From Veleropilina oligotropha (lineage: Eukaryota), in NCBI GenBank assembly GCA_048128005.1, contig JBEUKZ010000065.1, positions 248,001 to 312,000 of the forward strand: a stretch of 64,000 nt of DNA. The letters are read 5' to 3'. Position 1 is the stretch's first letter. Each line of letters starts with the position of its first letter. Shown here piece after piece: positions 37,549 to 50,040 of this stretch. Both the position numbers and the translations under genes were made by a program. A model generated the notes under the pieces. It did not search any database and was not told where the DNA came from. It saw only the letters and a list, made by a program, of their open reading frames with translations.

Positions 37549-38002
37549 TTTATGTAAGCCTGAATGCCCTGAAAAAATTGCTCTCGCCGACCAGTTATGG
37601 ACTATGGACAATTGCTTCTGTTAACTCAATAAAGTGCCCAGCCAAGCATTCGAAGCCACTCTTATGACATAAAGTAGTCTGGCAAGTGAATTGAGAACCG
37701 ATGCTCTTATCCGCCCGACATGGGAAACTTTTGCTCAATGTTGGAAACTTTCGATGTTGCTTCTGACATTATCCCAATCTGCAAATATAGATGGAATAAG
37801 GCATCATTCCGAATGCTTTTCACTTCCAGTGTCTTCGTCGCCATGAAGGCGATGTCTTAAACCTCGAATGATTAACAAAAATGACACATGCATCATCTTT
37901 TTTTAAGTATTTGGCTTATGTGGAAAGTAAATTGGGGAAAACACTGTAGACAGTCGTAAGCATTCAATAATTGGTAAAGATGCAAGGGAAAATGAACAAA
38001 GA

Positions 38003-40095
38003 GCGCCCTCTCTCTCTCTCTGCACTGTATTACACTGCTTGTCCGTCTCTGCGCCCTCTCTCTGCACTGTATTACACTGCTTGTCTGTCTCTGCGCCCTC
38101 TCTCTGCACTGTATTACACTGCTTGTCCGTCTCTGCGCCCTCTCTCTGCACTGTATTACACTGCTTGTCCGTCTCTGCGCCCTCTCTCGCTGCACTGTAT
38201 TACACTGCTTGTCTGTCTATGCGCCCTCTCTCTCTGCACTGTATTACACTGCTTGTCTGTCTCTGCGCCCCCTCTCTCTGCACTGTATTACACTGCTTGC
38301 CTGTCTCTGCGCCATCTCTCTCTGCACTGTGTTACACTGCTTGTCTGTCTCTGCGCCCTCTCTCTCTGCACTGTGTTACACTGCTTGTCTGTCTATGCGC
38401 CCTCTCTCTCTGCACTGTATTACACTGCTTGTCGGTCTCTGCACCCTCTCTCTCTGCACTGTGTTACACTGCTTGTCTGTCTCTGCGCCCTCTCTCTCTC
38501 TGCACTGTGTTACACTGCTTGTCGGTCTCTGCGCACTCTCTCTCTGCACTGTGTTACACTGCTTGTCTGTCTCTGCGCCCTCTATCTCTGCACTGTATTA
38601 CACTGCTTGTCCGTCTCTGCGCCCTCTCTCGCTGCACTGTATTACACTGCTTGTCTGTCTCTGCGCCCTCTCTCTCTGCACTGTGTTACACTGCTTGTCT
38701 GTCTCTGCGCCCTCTCTCTCTCTGCACTGTGTTACACTGCTTGTCTGTCTCTGCGCCTCTCTCTCTCTGCACTGTGTTACACTGCTTGTCTGTCTCTGCA
38801 CCCTCTCTCTCTGCACTGTATTACACTGCTTGTCTGTCTCTGCGCCCTCTCTCTCTGCACTGTATTACACTTCTTGTCCGTCTCTGCACCCTCTCTCTCT
38901 GCACTGTATTACACTGCTTGTCTGTCTCTGCGCCCTCTCTCTCTGCACTGTATTACACTGCTTGTCTGTCTCTGCGCCCTCTCTCTCTGCACTGTATTAC
39001 ACTGCTTGTCCGTCTCTGCGCCCTCTCTCTCTGCACTGTATTACACTGCTTGTGTCTCTGCGCCCTCTCTCTCTCTGCACTGTATTACACTGCTTGTCTG
39101 TCTCTGCGCCCTCTCTGCACTGTGTTACACTGCTTGTCTGTCTCTGTGCCCTCTCTCTCTCTGCACTGTATTACACTGCTTGTCTGTCACTGCGCCCTCT
39201 CTCTCTGCACTGTGTTACACTGCTTGTCTGTCTCTGCGCCCTCTCTCTCTCTGCACTGTGTTACACTGCTTGTCTGTCTCTGCGCCCTCTCTCTCTCTGC
39301 ACAGTATTACACTGCTTGTCTGTCTCTGCGCCCTCTCTCTCTGCACTGTATTACACTGCTTGTCTGTCTCTGCGCCCTCTCTCTCTCTGCACAGTATTAC
39401 ACTGCTTGTCCGTCTCTGCGCCCTCTCTCTCTGCACTGTATTACACTGCTTGTCCGTCTCTGCGCCCTCTCTCTCTGCACTGCATTACACTGCTTGTCTG
39501 TCTCTGCGCCCTCTCTCTCTGCACTGTATTACACTGCTTGTCTGTCTCTGCGCCCTCTCTCTCTCTGCACTGTTAAACTGCTTGTCTGTCTCTGCGCCCT
39601 CTCTCTCTGCACTGCATTACACTGCTTGTCTGTCTCTGCGCCCTCTCTCTCTGCACTGTATTACACTGCTTGTCTGTCTCTGCGCCCTCTCTCTCTGCAC
39701 TGTATTACACTGCTTGTCTGTCTCTGCGCCCTCTCTCTCTGCACTGTATTACACTGCTTGTCTGTCTCTGCGCCACCTCTCTCTCTGCACTGTATTACAC
39801 TGCTTGCCCGTCTCTGCACTGTATTACACTGCTTGTCTGTCTCTGCGCCCTCTCTCTCTGCACTGTATTACACAGCTTGTCTGTCTCTGCTCCCTCTCTC
39901 TCTGCACTGTATTACACTGCTTGTCTGTCTCTGCGCCCTCTCTCTCTGCACTGTATTACACTGCTTGTCTGTCTCTGCACTGTATTACACTGCTTGTCTG
40001 TCTCTGCGCCCTCTCTCTCTCTGCACTGTATTACACTGCTTGTCTGTCTCTGCGCCCTCTCTCTCTCTGCACTGTATTACACAGCTTGTCTGTCT
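38003..40095 (+). repeat. ~44-bp minisatellite with embedded (CT)n, ~48 copies
   Basis: Unit GCGCCCTCTCTCTCTGCACTGTATTACACTGCTTGTCTGTCTCT; length varies mostly by CT dinucleotides. Confidence 0.98.
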
Positions 40096-40377
40096 GAATC
40101 AGGAGAATTGGTTCAAGGTTTCGGGCCGCGAAATGGATGTAATACCATTGCGCGCCGTAACATGCATTGCATGCCTGCGAAGACCATGGCATGGGATCAC
40201 AAAAATAGCCAGCCCTAAGCCTGGATAAAGGGGAAGGAGACTGGAAGCAGTCCTAAAACTCCATCTAAACAATGACAAGTAAATGGGGAAAGCGGCCATG
40301 AGAAAAAAAACATTACAGTTTACACTAACAACAATGTTACTCAAATCCAGCTTTCTTATTAGCATATATGAGGGCAC

Positions 40378-40440
40378 TTGTACCCATGTATGGGGGCCCT
40401 TGTACCCATGTATGGGGGCCCTTGTACCCATGTATGGGGG
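40378..40440 (+). repeat. 22-bp tandem repeat, ~3 copies
   Basis: Unit CTTGTACCCATGTATGGGGGCC. Confidence 0.85.
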
Positions 40441-41992
40441 TACTTCACACCGCCCCTGAATATATTATCCTGTCAGGTTTGTTGATGAGGCAAACCACCA
40501 CAACCCACGTTCGATGCAGTGAGAAGCATATTAGACAAAAATAGTATTTCATATCTCATTTAATCACATAGGAATTTATAACTCCACAGCTAACTAAAGT
40601 ATACAGGGGTACATCTTTTAGATTATATTATATTATTTTCGTGATAATCAGTTTATGTTTACTAAATTAAATACCGAGTATAAATATCGCTTTCCATTAC
40701 TTATTGCAAGGGAAATAACTCGTGTAGAAAACAATGTGAACGAGAAAATACGTCCCAGGACAAAAGGACACAATATATGATTTAAGGAAGTTTATTGTAA
40801 TGGCTCATAATATTATTATATCTTCATAAATAAGCTACACAGGCAGAATCCAGAGAAAAGTCGAGAAATAACGTGATGAACAAAAGATTTTGTCAGTGCC
40901 CTAGAGAGCGGCCATCTTTGTTTCTGTTTGTGTACAGCTACCTCTCCCGCTACTGTCAGTTAGCACGAAAACAAACAAGTCAACAAACTGAATCAATAAT
41001 TGCCCACTTACCGTTGCTCTTGACTTTTGTCTAATCGTTAATTATTGAATGAACAGTTAGAAACATCTGAAAACCCGTTAGCATGTGAATACAACCGTGA
41101 AAACTGCAGGCAAAGTTCTATTTCGGCAAACACGCTTTTGGGTCAAGAAACATACATATATGCAAATGAGTACCCATGACCTTTGAACCCGCTTACTTTT
41201 GAGAAATAGTGCTTTATTACAAAAGTTGTATATGTTGTCATTCTTTGAACAACAGTTATATATATGAACAAAGCGTGCGCACTATTATCGTGCGTTAAAT
41301 GTGACATCTGAATGCAGTTGTAATATAATACATGGGTATATCATCGGTGTCCGATTCTTTGGAATCGCCGGCTAAAAATAGCCAGAAATGGCCATCCAAA
41401 TTTCTAAATATTTTCATTTGATAGCTAATAGCTAAAGTTCACGCGCTCCAGGAAATAGCCTGCCGATATTGGGGTTCCATGGCACTGGTAAATATTGTCA
41501 TCTTCTTCAGCAATAGATAGATTGGAAATTGGCTACGGTAGGCTTTTCAGAAGAAACTTTGAAATAAATAACAAAACCAGGATGTGACACAGGGAGAGTA
41601 TGAATTGCAATGAAAATTTAAATAGATCGTTTGAACCGAAAAACATTTTCAAATTAAAAAAGTTTGTTCGTACAAAATTATATACCATATATAGCACTGA
41701 AATAATTGATCAGTATCATGTGCATGGAATGACACGTAACACATTAAATATAAAACCTAATTAAATTTCCCGTTATTCGAACAACTAATATATAATTATA
41801 TATTGTTGTGGACCTATCCCTCAGAATATGGATAAATAATTATACATGGTCTTTGTTTATTTAAATGACAGAAAAAGATATGTGTAATAGGGCTGTATAT
41901 GCTAGTACCGGTATTGTATACGTATATATGAGTCGGAGTTTCTGTTGACATTATGCAACAAATTTGTGGTGGCACTTGTAGGCCCTAATTAA

Positions 41993-42912
41993 AGGCCGGA
42001 ATCTGCAGCCACCCGGTAGGTAGGCGAGGCCTGTGCTTTTGAGGCGTGACCTCCTGTTGTCGGTGATTCCGGCTTGCCTGTGAAGTTAATTGCCTATTCT
42101 AAAAAAAATCATCATTGCATCGCACTAATCGTACTAATTAGGTACGTCTTTTGTTATGTGACTGTCAATCAAAGTGGCAGTCTTGTTTCCACAATTTGCC
42201 AACCAATGATATTGCTTATAATGTCGATTCCTCGATGTTCCCTGTCTGCTCCCAAAATCAGAAATGGGTTCGGGTTTTTTCCCTTTGATGCATTTATGCC
42301 CGCGTCCAGCGCCTCGCCGATTTAGCAGGCATGAGCCGGCAACCATCGGACCTCACATAAATGGGCTCGTCCCTATGGAACGCCAAATTAACATATATTC
42401 AATTAATTGAACCTATCTTCATATAATTGAAGATATGTTCAATTAATTAGAGATAGGTTCAATTCAATTGAAGATAGGTTCAATTCACTTGAAGATAGGT
42501 TCATTTCAATTGAAGATAGGTTCAATTCAATTGATGATAGGTTCAATTCAATTACACCTAGGTTTAATTATATTAGAGATAGTTCTAATTCATTTGAAGT
42601 ATTTACATCTATCTTCAATTGAATTGAACCTATCTCTAATTTATTGTACCTAGGTCGAATTGAATTAGACCTAGGTGCAATTGAATTGAACCTAGGTGCA
42701 ATTGAATTAGACCTATCTCTAATTGCATTGAACCTATCTTCAAATACAACATATCCTTAAATGAATTGTGCCTATCTTCAATGAATTGAACTTATCTCAA
42801 ATTAATTGTACCTATCTTCAATTATTTGAAGATAGGTTTAAATAATTGAAGATATGTTAATTTGGCGTTCCATTCGTCCCCGCCTGTCGCCTTTTGTAGT
42901 GGCACCCGGCCT
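41993..42912. mobile_element. Kolobok-like non-autonomous element
   Basis: TTAA|AGGCCGG ... CCGGCCT|TTAA; the TIR is short, so the call is tentative. Confidence 0.45.
42375..42873. mobile_element. Palindromic MITE built of 21-bp subrepeats, 8-bp TSD
   Basis: TIR ATGGAACGCCAAATTAACATAT; flanks TCGTCCCT/TCGTCCCC; internal TTGAAGATAGGTTCAATTCAA units in inverted orientation. Confidence 0.88.
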
Positions 42913-43099
42913 TTAAGTGATATTTAACCTCGGAAACTTATAACCTCTGGAGACAAAACTTTGTACCGGAATTTCAGTTAGGCTATCTTGTAATTATTTT
43001 CACCTCCCGGTATAAGATCATCGTTATCTTCGTCTGCCTTGCCGGGAACGGACTTTGTGCAGAATGTTAATTATTAATATCCCTGCGATACACCAAATG

Positions 43100-46067
43100 A
43101 AAAATGACAACCATATCTCAACCCATACCGGATCGGCAGCCACCCGAGTTAACAAGGACCGTGCCTCCCGCTGTACATCGGGGCGGAGGTGTAAAGTATG
43201 CGACTGTTGCACCAAGTAGGATACGTGCCAGAAACAACATCACCATTGGCATTTGGAACGTGAGGGCACAGCAGCAGGAAAGTTAGTAGAACTGACACAT
43301 GAGATGAACAAATACCGCTGGAACATCCTATTGGTCTCTGTGAAGTACGTTGAAAAACATCGGAGAAACTTCTAACCAGGAAAGCCACAATTAAGCTATG
43401 CTTCAGTGGTAAAGTGACAAACACTAACAGGATTTGGGTTCCTTGTACACAATGACAGCGTGAAGACATATGGGCTGTCGTCCTATCTCCAGACACGAAG
43501 TTTTCCTGGAGCCGACATTGGAAGCGACCATGAGCTAGTAATGTTGACTCTCCATCATCATCTGCATGCAGAACGTCAACAAACATGGCCACAAAAGAAT
43601 CCAGTTTGACTCCGAGAAGCTCAATGGTCCAAGGGTAGCAGGAGCTTTCCAATTAAGCGATGATAGGAAAAAACCTTGCTCCGCATACAATATTATACAC
43701 AGACTATACGCTGGCATGGACAAGTGGATTGACACCTATCGAAACATCCGGTGTCAGTGAGATACTTGGCAAACATTGTCCTGCCATAAAACGTGGGTCC
43801 CAAGTGACATATACTTAATTTGTGCGACAAAAGACGAGCATTGAAGAAGAAAAAGATGAAGAACGCGACAGAAGGTGCAACCCAGTATACAGCAGTCAAC
43901 CAGGATATCAAAGAAAGCATGAAGAGGGCAAACGATACTTGAATCGAAGAGCAGTGCCAAGTATGGGTTAGACCGCAGGTTGCCGTGTCTTATTAAAAAA
44001 GAAGGCATGTCCGTAGGACGGGCCTACTTTAAATACGACTCGGCAAGATGTCGTCTAACCAACTTAGAAGCTCATTTCATTTCTCCTCACTAACTAATTC
44101 TTATTGTCAAATTTGATAAACTGTTTATTTTGTGAAAACACATGTTCATTGCTTAATATTTTTATCATTATATTTGAAAAAATCATTATATTTGAAAAAA
44201 TGCATATATATTTAAAGATTAAACCTGTCGCCCCTATTCGTAATAATTGGTTATTCATCGCAAACAATAGACCTGGCTGGGGGTCCGTCTTCGGCAATAA
44301 GCCACAAGAAATACGACTTTCTCATTGGTCGAGAAATGAAATGGGCTTCTAAGATATTGAAGAAAACCTCAAGAAGGACAACAGCAAGAAAGCGTAACAG
44401 CTGGTGAAAGACCTGACCAGCACGACGCTAGGACGCGCTACAAAGATGGAAATTGACTCACAGAAGACCAAGGCATCCTAAAGAGATGGCCCAAATACTT
44501 CTGAGACCTGCAGAGTCACAGAATCACTGGGGATCCAGAGGTACCGAACATCCAGCGACTAACACTGACACCTACCCTATTATCTGCAAAGAAGTGGAAT
44601 CAGCAGTGAAATCGCTGAATAAGGGGAAGTCAGAGAGATGGAACAACGTCCCGACAGAACTGGTCCAAACTGGGGAAGAATCCATGATATGCGCCCAACT
44701 AGCAATCTGCAACATTATCTGACAGACAGGGGAATGGCCCACACCATGGACATGTCCAGTCACTGTTCATCACCCTGCCCAGGAAAGGCAACCTAACACA
44801 GTGCTCAAACTACCGCGCAATTAGTCTAATATACCATCCATGCAAATTCATGTTGAAGATTTTGCTGAACAAATTGAGTCCACAGAGAGATAAGATCATT
44901 ACGGAGGGACAGAGCTTCAGGGCAGGGCGCAGCACACCGGATCAGAGCCTCAATCTCAGGATAATAAGCGAATATACCTTCAACACCAACCTCACCTCTA
45001 TCATGTGTTCGTGAATTTCAAGAAGGCACTTGACAGAGAATGTCATGCAGCCGTGTGGGCAACCATGAGGCTGTACAACATTAACGTCGATCAGCGTTGT
45101 GTAACAATTCTACGACAAGACCACCAGCGCAGTTTGTTTCAACGGCAGCATATGGGACTGCATGGTTCAGTATGACAGTCGAATTAAGACAAGGATGTTT
45201 GCTCTTATCGACATCTTCCTTGATATAATCATGGCTCATGCACTGGAAGATAACAAAGGCAGGCAACAGTCAGCATCAGAGACAAGACAGTCACCAACTT
45301 ACGTTTTGCTGACGACATTGTCGGTCTACCAGGGAAAGAAGAGGAGATTTCCAGTTTGGTGAAACGCCCGAATATGACCTCGACAGCCTACGGCATGGAG
45401 ACAGTGCAGAGAAGAAATAAATGATGACCAACAACACCAATGACATCGGCACGGACACGAGGGTCAGCAGCAAGAAGTTAAAGACAGTCCAAAGCTCCAA
45501 GTATCTGTGAGCAATCGTAACGGACGAAGGATGAAAGCCTGAAATACTCCCAAGGATTGCACAGACAGTAACAGCGTTGTTAAAACTGAATACCAATTGG
45601 AGTGACAGAAACGTCGCACTCAGTCTAAAAAATATAAGCGCTCTTTGGTCATGTAAATATTGTCGTACGTTTATAAATCGTGGATCTTGACAGCCGACAC
45701 AGAGAATATGTTACATGCCACAGAGATGAAAATATGCTTTCAGGGACCACACCACCAATGAGGAAGTGAACAGCAGAATCAGGCTAGCCGGTGGGCCATA
45801 CGAGGACCGCATGTCCGCAGTGAAAAGACGCAAACTAAAATGATATGGACATGTCTCAAGATGAGAAGTACCCGCGAAGACAATCCTGCAGAGGACAGTA
45901 CGGAGAGGAAGAAGAGCCAAGGAAAGATATGAGAGGATAACATCCCAGAATTGACAGGCTTGAGGCCTGGCAACGCCCTGGAAATTCAGAAAACAGACAG
46001 GAATGGAAGGAGATGATTGAACATTCATCGGTTGAACAGACTATGGGAATGATGTTGATGACGATGG
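43100..46067 (+). mobile_element. Decayed RTE-clade LINE (endonuclease plus RT pseudo-ORF)
   Basis: ITIGIWNVR (APE N-terminus), PGADIGSDHELV, LPRKGNLTQCSNYRAISLI, FVNFKKALDR, LRFADDIV; many stops and frameshifts; ends in a (GAT)n-like tail. Confidence 0.92.
43962..44353. mobile_element. Non-autonomous element with internal inverted repeats inserted in the RTE
   Basis: Interrupts RTE codons CAG TGC CAA G|AT ATT GAA. Contains a GGTTAGAC...GTCTAACC hairpin module and IR TAGAAGCTCATTTCATTTCTC / GAGAAATGAAATGGGCTTCTA. A related inverted copy lies at ~36913-37042. Confidence 0.7.
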
Positions 46068-46099
46068 CCACGCATCGACTCATCAGTTGGAGGTTTATA

Positions 46100-47460
46100 G
46101 TAAAACAGGATAGGTTCCTACTTCAGTGGGAGACTGCTTCTGGGTCCGTTGCCTGTCGAAAAGCAGATGAATAGCAGGTTGGATTTAAAGCACTGAAAAA
46201 TTGGTAATATCCTGACAGTAATGATATGTTGTTTCACAATATAATTGTCCTTTGTAGGAAACTTATCAGGCACGTGCCAGTGATGGTTGATGATCTCTCT
46301 GATGTTTTTTTTATTATATCCCCTGGTGTTAGAATCCACTAACTGGATATAACCAAGGAGCTCGCATTCTACTTGCTTGTTTACAACCTTGTAAACATAA
46401 CCGCCGCCACACGACCCCGCCTCCCCTTCACCGTTTCCCAGTTTAAATGAGTTAGCATTGTGCAGAATGTTCTCGTTTCCCTGGACCGGAAGTCCTCCGT
46501 TACAAACCTTGCCACGGGCTTCGCACATTTCCAGTCTGTTGATTTCTGTTAATTGGGTGGATTCCAGCACACGGAGATGTACTCCACGCCTGATTGTACA
46601 TGTATCATGGTAATGTAGGCTTACGACCGCACGTCTTCTGACGGCTGATTGTACATGTATCATGGTAATGTAGGCTTACGACCGCACGTCTTCTGACGGC
46701 TGATTGTACATGTATCATGGTAATGTGGGCTTACGACCGCACGTCTTATGACGGCTGATTGTACATGTATCACGGTAATGTAGGCTTACGACCGCACGTC
46801 TTCTGACGGCTGATTGTACATGTATCGTGGTAATGTAGGCTTACGACCGCACGTCTTCTGACGGCTGATTGTACATGTATCATGGTAATGTAGGCTTACG
46901 ACCGCACGTCTTCTGACGGCTGATTGTACATGTATCATGGTAATGTAGGCTTACGACCGCACGTGTTCTGACGGCTGATTGTACATGTATCATGGTAATG
47001 TAGGCTTACGACCGCACGTCTTCTGACGGCTGATTGTACATGTATCATGGTAATGTAGGCTTACGACCGCACGTCTTCTGACGGCTGATTGTACATGTAT
47101 CATGGTAATGTAGGCTTACGACCGCACGTCTTCTGGACACGATCGGAGATTGCGTCTCATGAAACCAACTGTATGTCCCGTTAGGTGGAGCCACGGTTTG
47201 ATTTACGTGGTCCTTCCAGGCCAAGTCGCTGATGAAGGTGATTTCGATATGATTCCATTTAAATGGTGTTGGTATTTAGCGATTTTCTTCTTTCGGGAAA
47301 CGTGTATCCTTTCACATTTATCGGGAGTTTGTTATGTGGTTAGTATTGGTTTGGAAGTCAATGATTCGATGCCTGATCAAATTATTGATACAGAATGACC
47401 ATTGACCTACCAGGGGAAGTATTCGGACAGTCATAGCATATTGTCGGATAACGAAACCAT
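46100..47460 (-). pseudogene. Decayed LINE ORF2 C-terminal region
   Basis: Minus-strand fragments ITFISDLAWKDHVNQT, GFMRRNLRSCPEDVRS*AYITMI, VEYISVCWNP, EINRLEM, ARFV and MLTHLNWETV match the C-terminus of non-LTR RT proteins. Confidence 0.8.
46591..47135 (+). repeat. 55-bp minisatellite, ~10 copies, inside the LINE relic
   Basis: Unit TGATTGTACATGTATCATGGTAATGTAGGCTTACGACCGCACGTCTTCTGACGGC. Confidence 0.97.
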
Positions 47461-47739
47461 TATTTGTCACTCTCGTGCGCTGATTGACTACATTACATAC
47501 GGTTAGACCTATATGCTAGACGCTCTACGTTATTTCAAATAGACATATGTTACCGGAATATTACGAACAATTTTCGTGTCCTTGGAGTATACTAAAAAAT
47601 TCAACAATCTCTCCTTTAACATGAGCGGTCGTAATTAACTCAAATCCTTTCGCAGGACTATTTGCTATCTACTGAAACCGAAATTAATACTACATTTTGG
47701 ATCGTGCTGCAAGACCTCTTATCAGACGTCCAATTCGTA

Positions 47740-48290
47740 TTCGAAGTCACCAACATCCATTTTGACTTTGGCGTACTAGTAAGATGTAGCATCCGATCCG
47801 AGAGACGGTTCTGTTGCTTGTGATCGATGGTAGAGCACGGGTGTGGCGTATGACCACATCAATATTCAGACAACGGTTATGAGTTGTGGATGCTTCTCGT
47901 ATGGTTGGGAGTTGAATCTTGTCTTCGTCTGAAGAACCCCAAATCCCAAAACAATGGAACGGATGTCATGGAATGGTTCTTTATGACGTCTGCCCACTAG
48001 CAACACGTCTCAAATTGATGAACAACAACTCTCGAGTAAACAGAGCACATGCAGGTACGGATTTTATGTAGCATGTCCGGCATGCATCCATGTTATGAAC
48101 CTTGCTGAACATTTGTGGGATATCGTATGCCGTCGGGCGAACTGGGGTCCCCAGTTCAAATAACTGCTGAACTTGTACTGTACTAGCACTCGAGGAGGAA
48201 TACAAGAATATTCCTATACTGCGAATTATACGAATGCATGTGGGTCATTTTCTGCGATCAATAAACTCGATGGTCACTCCGAAAGACTTC
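47740..48290 (+). pseudogene. Tc1-family transposase relic
   Basis: Fragments SERRFC..DGRARVWR, NNSRVNRA (degenerate DNARxHRA) and MNLAEHLWDI; broken by stops and frameshifts. Confidence 0.7.
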
Positions 48291-48567
48291 TTGAATGACT
48301 CCATCAACGTGTGTATATGATCTGTAAGAATGTAAAAATAATTTTCTACGTAAAGTCCGGAAAAACATGTATTGCTTGGGATATTATCACATTTGAAATG
48401 ACATAAGATTTCAAAATGTTATTTCCAGCTCAGCGACCAATTGTGCTTTATCAGACTTTGTTGTTATTTGTCCAACAAATAGTGAGCTGAACAGCAGATT
48501 TTCTGGTGAAATTTCACGCAATATAGCAAGCTCTACCGCGCTCTTTGCGGGTGCGATGTAAATGCTT

Positions 48568-48776
48568 CGGCGGGTATAAGTGGGTAGCGCGCCAGACACT
48601 CAACCGAAATAGCCAGGAGGACCCGGGTTCAAGGCCAACCGGCAGCTAGAATAAGCACATAAAATAGTAGATGACAATGTATGTCGGTCAGATCGGAATG
48701 AGACCTAAAACCGGGTTCCCAACTTTGTTAAGGCTGAAAAATTGCTAAAAGTCGTCGTAAAACACAGTTGCCAACC
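48568..48776 (+). mobile_element. Second family of tRNA-derived SINE (diverged)
   Basis: A-box-like AGTGGGTAGCGCG, B-box-like CCGGGTTCAAG, central GGAATGAGACCTAAAACCG motif and tail GCTGAAAAATTGCTAAAAG..CGTAAAACAC. Confidence 0.6.
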
Positions 48777-49559
48777 AATCAGGTGCAATGTCCTTTAATT
48801 TGCTATAGTAGCATTGGTGGCTTTGTTATATGAGGTGATCCTCACCGTGGTACAATATGTGTCGAAGGCCTCCGGGCCCTCGGTATGATGACGCTCATAT
48901 TCTTGGACCTGGCCATGTGACGATCATTGTTACATTTCTGATACCCTACACCTTTAGAACTTTCGTCCGAGTTTCTTTATGAAACAGTTGTTGAGTGAAA
49001 CGCTGGGTGCCAGAACAACGAACAACGAATGCTATTATCCCACGAAGACAAGCTGCCATACCGCATTTCGGTCGAAGGGCATATATCTTTTCGTCTAGTC
49101 AGTTCATGCTGTATATTAATGTTTGATAATAACTTATAAGCCGACCATTGTTGAGTAAGGTGAACGTTACATATCTTACGACTGTATTCAGAAAGCTCAC
49201 TCAAACCTAACCTTCACCCACACTCAAATGAGGTTAACGCAAGGAGGGTTGGAGGGTGAGTGAAAGGTCGACTTCGTCATCCATTGTTGTGCATTTGTTA
49301 TTCACAGAGGTTACTACAGTTTGACTCGGCCGAGGTCGACCTCGCTGAGTATCGCATAATTGAGAGCAATTACTCATGTTGATCCGTGCTTATTGTGCAT
49401 AACGGGCGCTCGCAAGATGTTCGTTCAGCTACGGTTTGGTAATGACTAGCTGAAGTTTTTACTGAAGTAGTCAATCAACATAAGGTTATTTTGAAGAGGA
49501 AGAAAAACTATTTTAGATGAATTAAAAAGAAAATCGATATGTGAAATGTTTTAATGAAA

Positions 49560-50040
49560 AGGATAACCAGCATTCCCTAGCGGGACCTCATTAATACGAC
49601 CATCCTCAAATTCTGCACAAAAACGACTGTTATCTAATATTCGGGAGTCATGCACGCTTCCGGGCCATCTAGCTACAATATATCTCTAAAACTGTTGCTT
49701 AATAGGCAAAACTTCCTGGCTATCTGGAAAATTGATGAGCCTAGTCTACAAATTCGCTATGGCATGCCAAACACGTTTTATTATTCTATTGGAAGGCGGC
49801 TGGGATATGCAACACAAATCGGAACATGCCAGTCGAAATAGTCCCGTGGCATACAATCTCAATGTAACCAAAAGTTGTATATCTTGAGATATGGGCGTGC
49901 CACGGTCATTGTGTCGTTCCAAATATGGTAGCAAAAGTCCCCAAATTTCATGACAGGTCCCTTGGATAACCTATATGACTGTCGAAACTCCTCGTCATCG
50001 TACCGATTATAATCGAACGTATTCACTCTAATATTGTTAT
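49560..50040 (-). pseudogene. PIF/Harbinger (HARBI1-like) transposase relic
   Basis: ISQDIQLLVTLRLYATG and IVARWPGSVHDSRIL...LGNAGYP motifs on the minus strand; internally deleted. Confidence 0.85.

Noticed and set aside
37971..40228. ORFs of 708, 729 and 455 aa (Cys/Leu-rich)
   Set aside because: They are translations of a stop-free ~44-bp minisatellite, open in all three plus frames.
46070..46095. Minus-strand CTGATGAG, a possible hammerhead ribozyme core
   Set aside because: No matching GAAA core segment or closing stems could be found; the RTE 3' tail abuts it.
46118..46663. 181-aa minus-strand ORF with a protease-like GSCGGG stretch
   Set aside because: It is a mostly off-frame reading of a decayed LINE C-terminus and starts inside the minisatellite.
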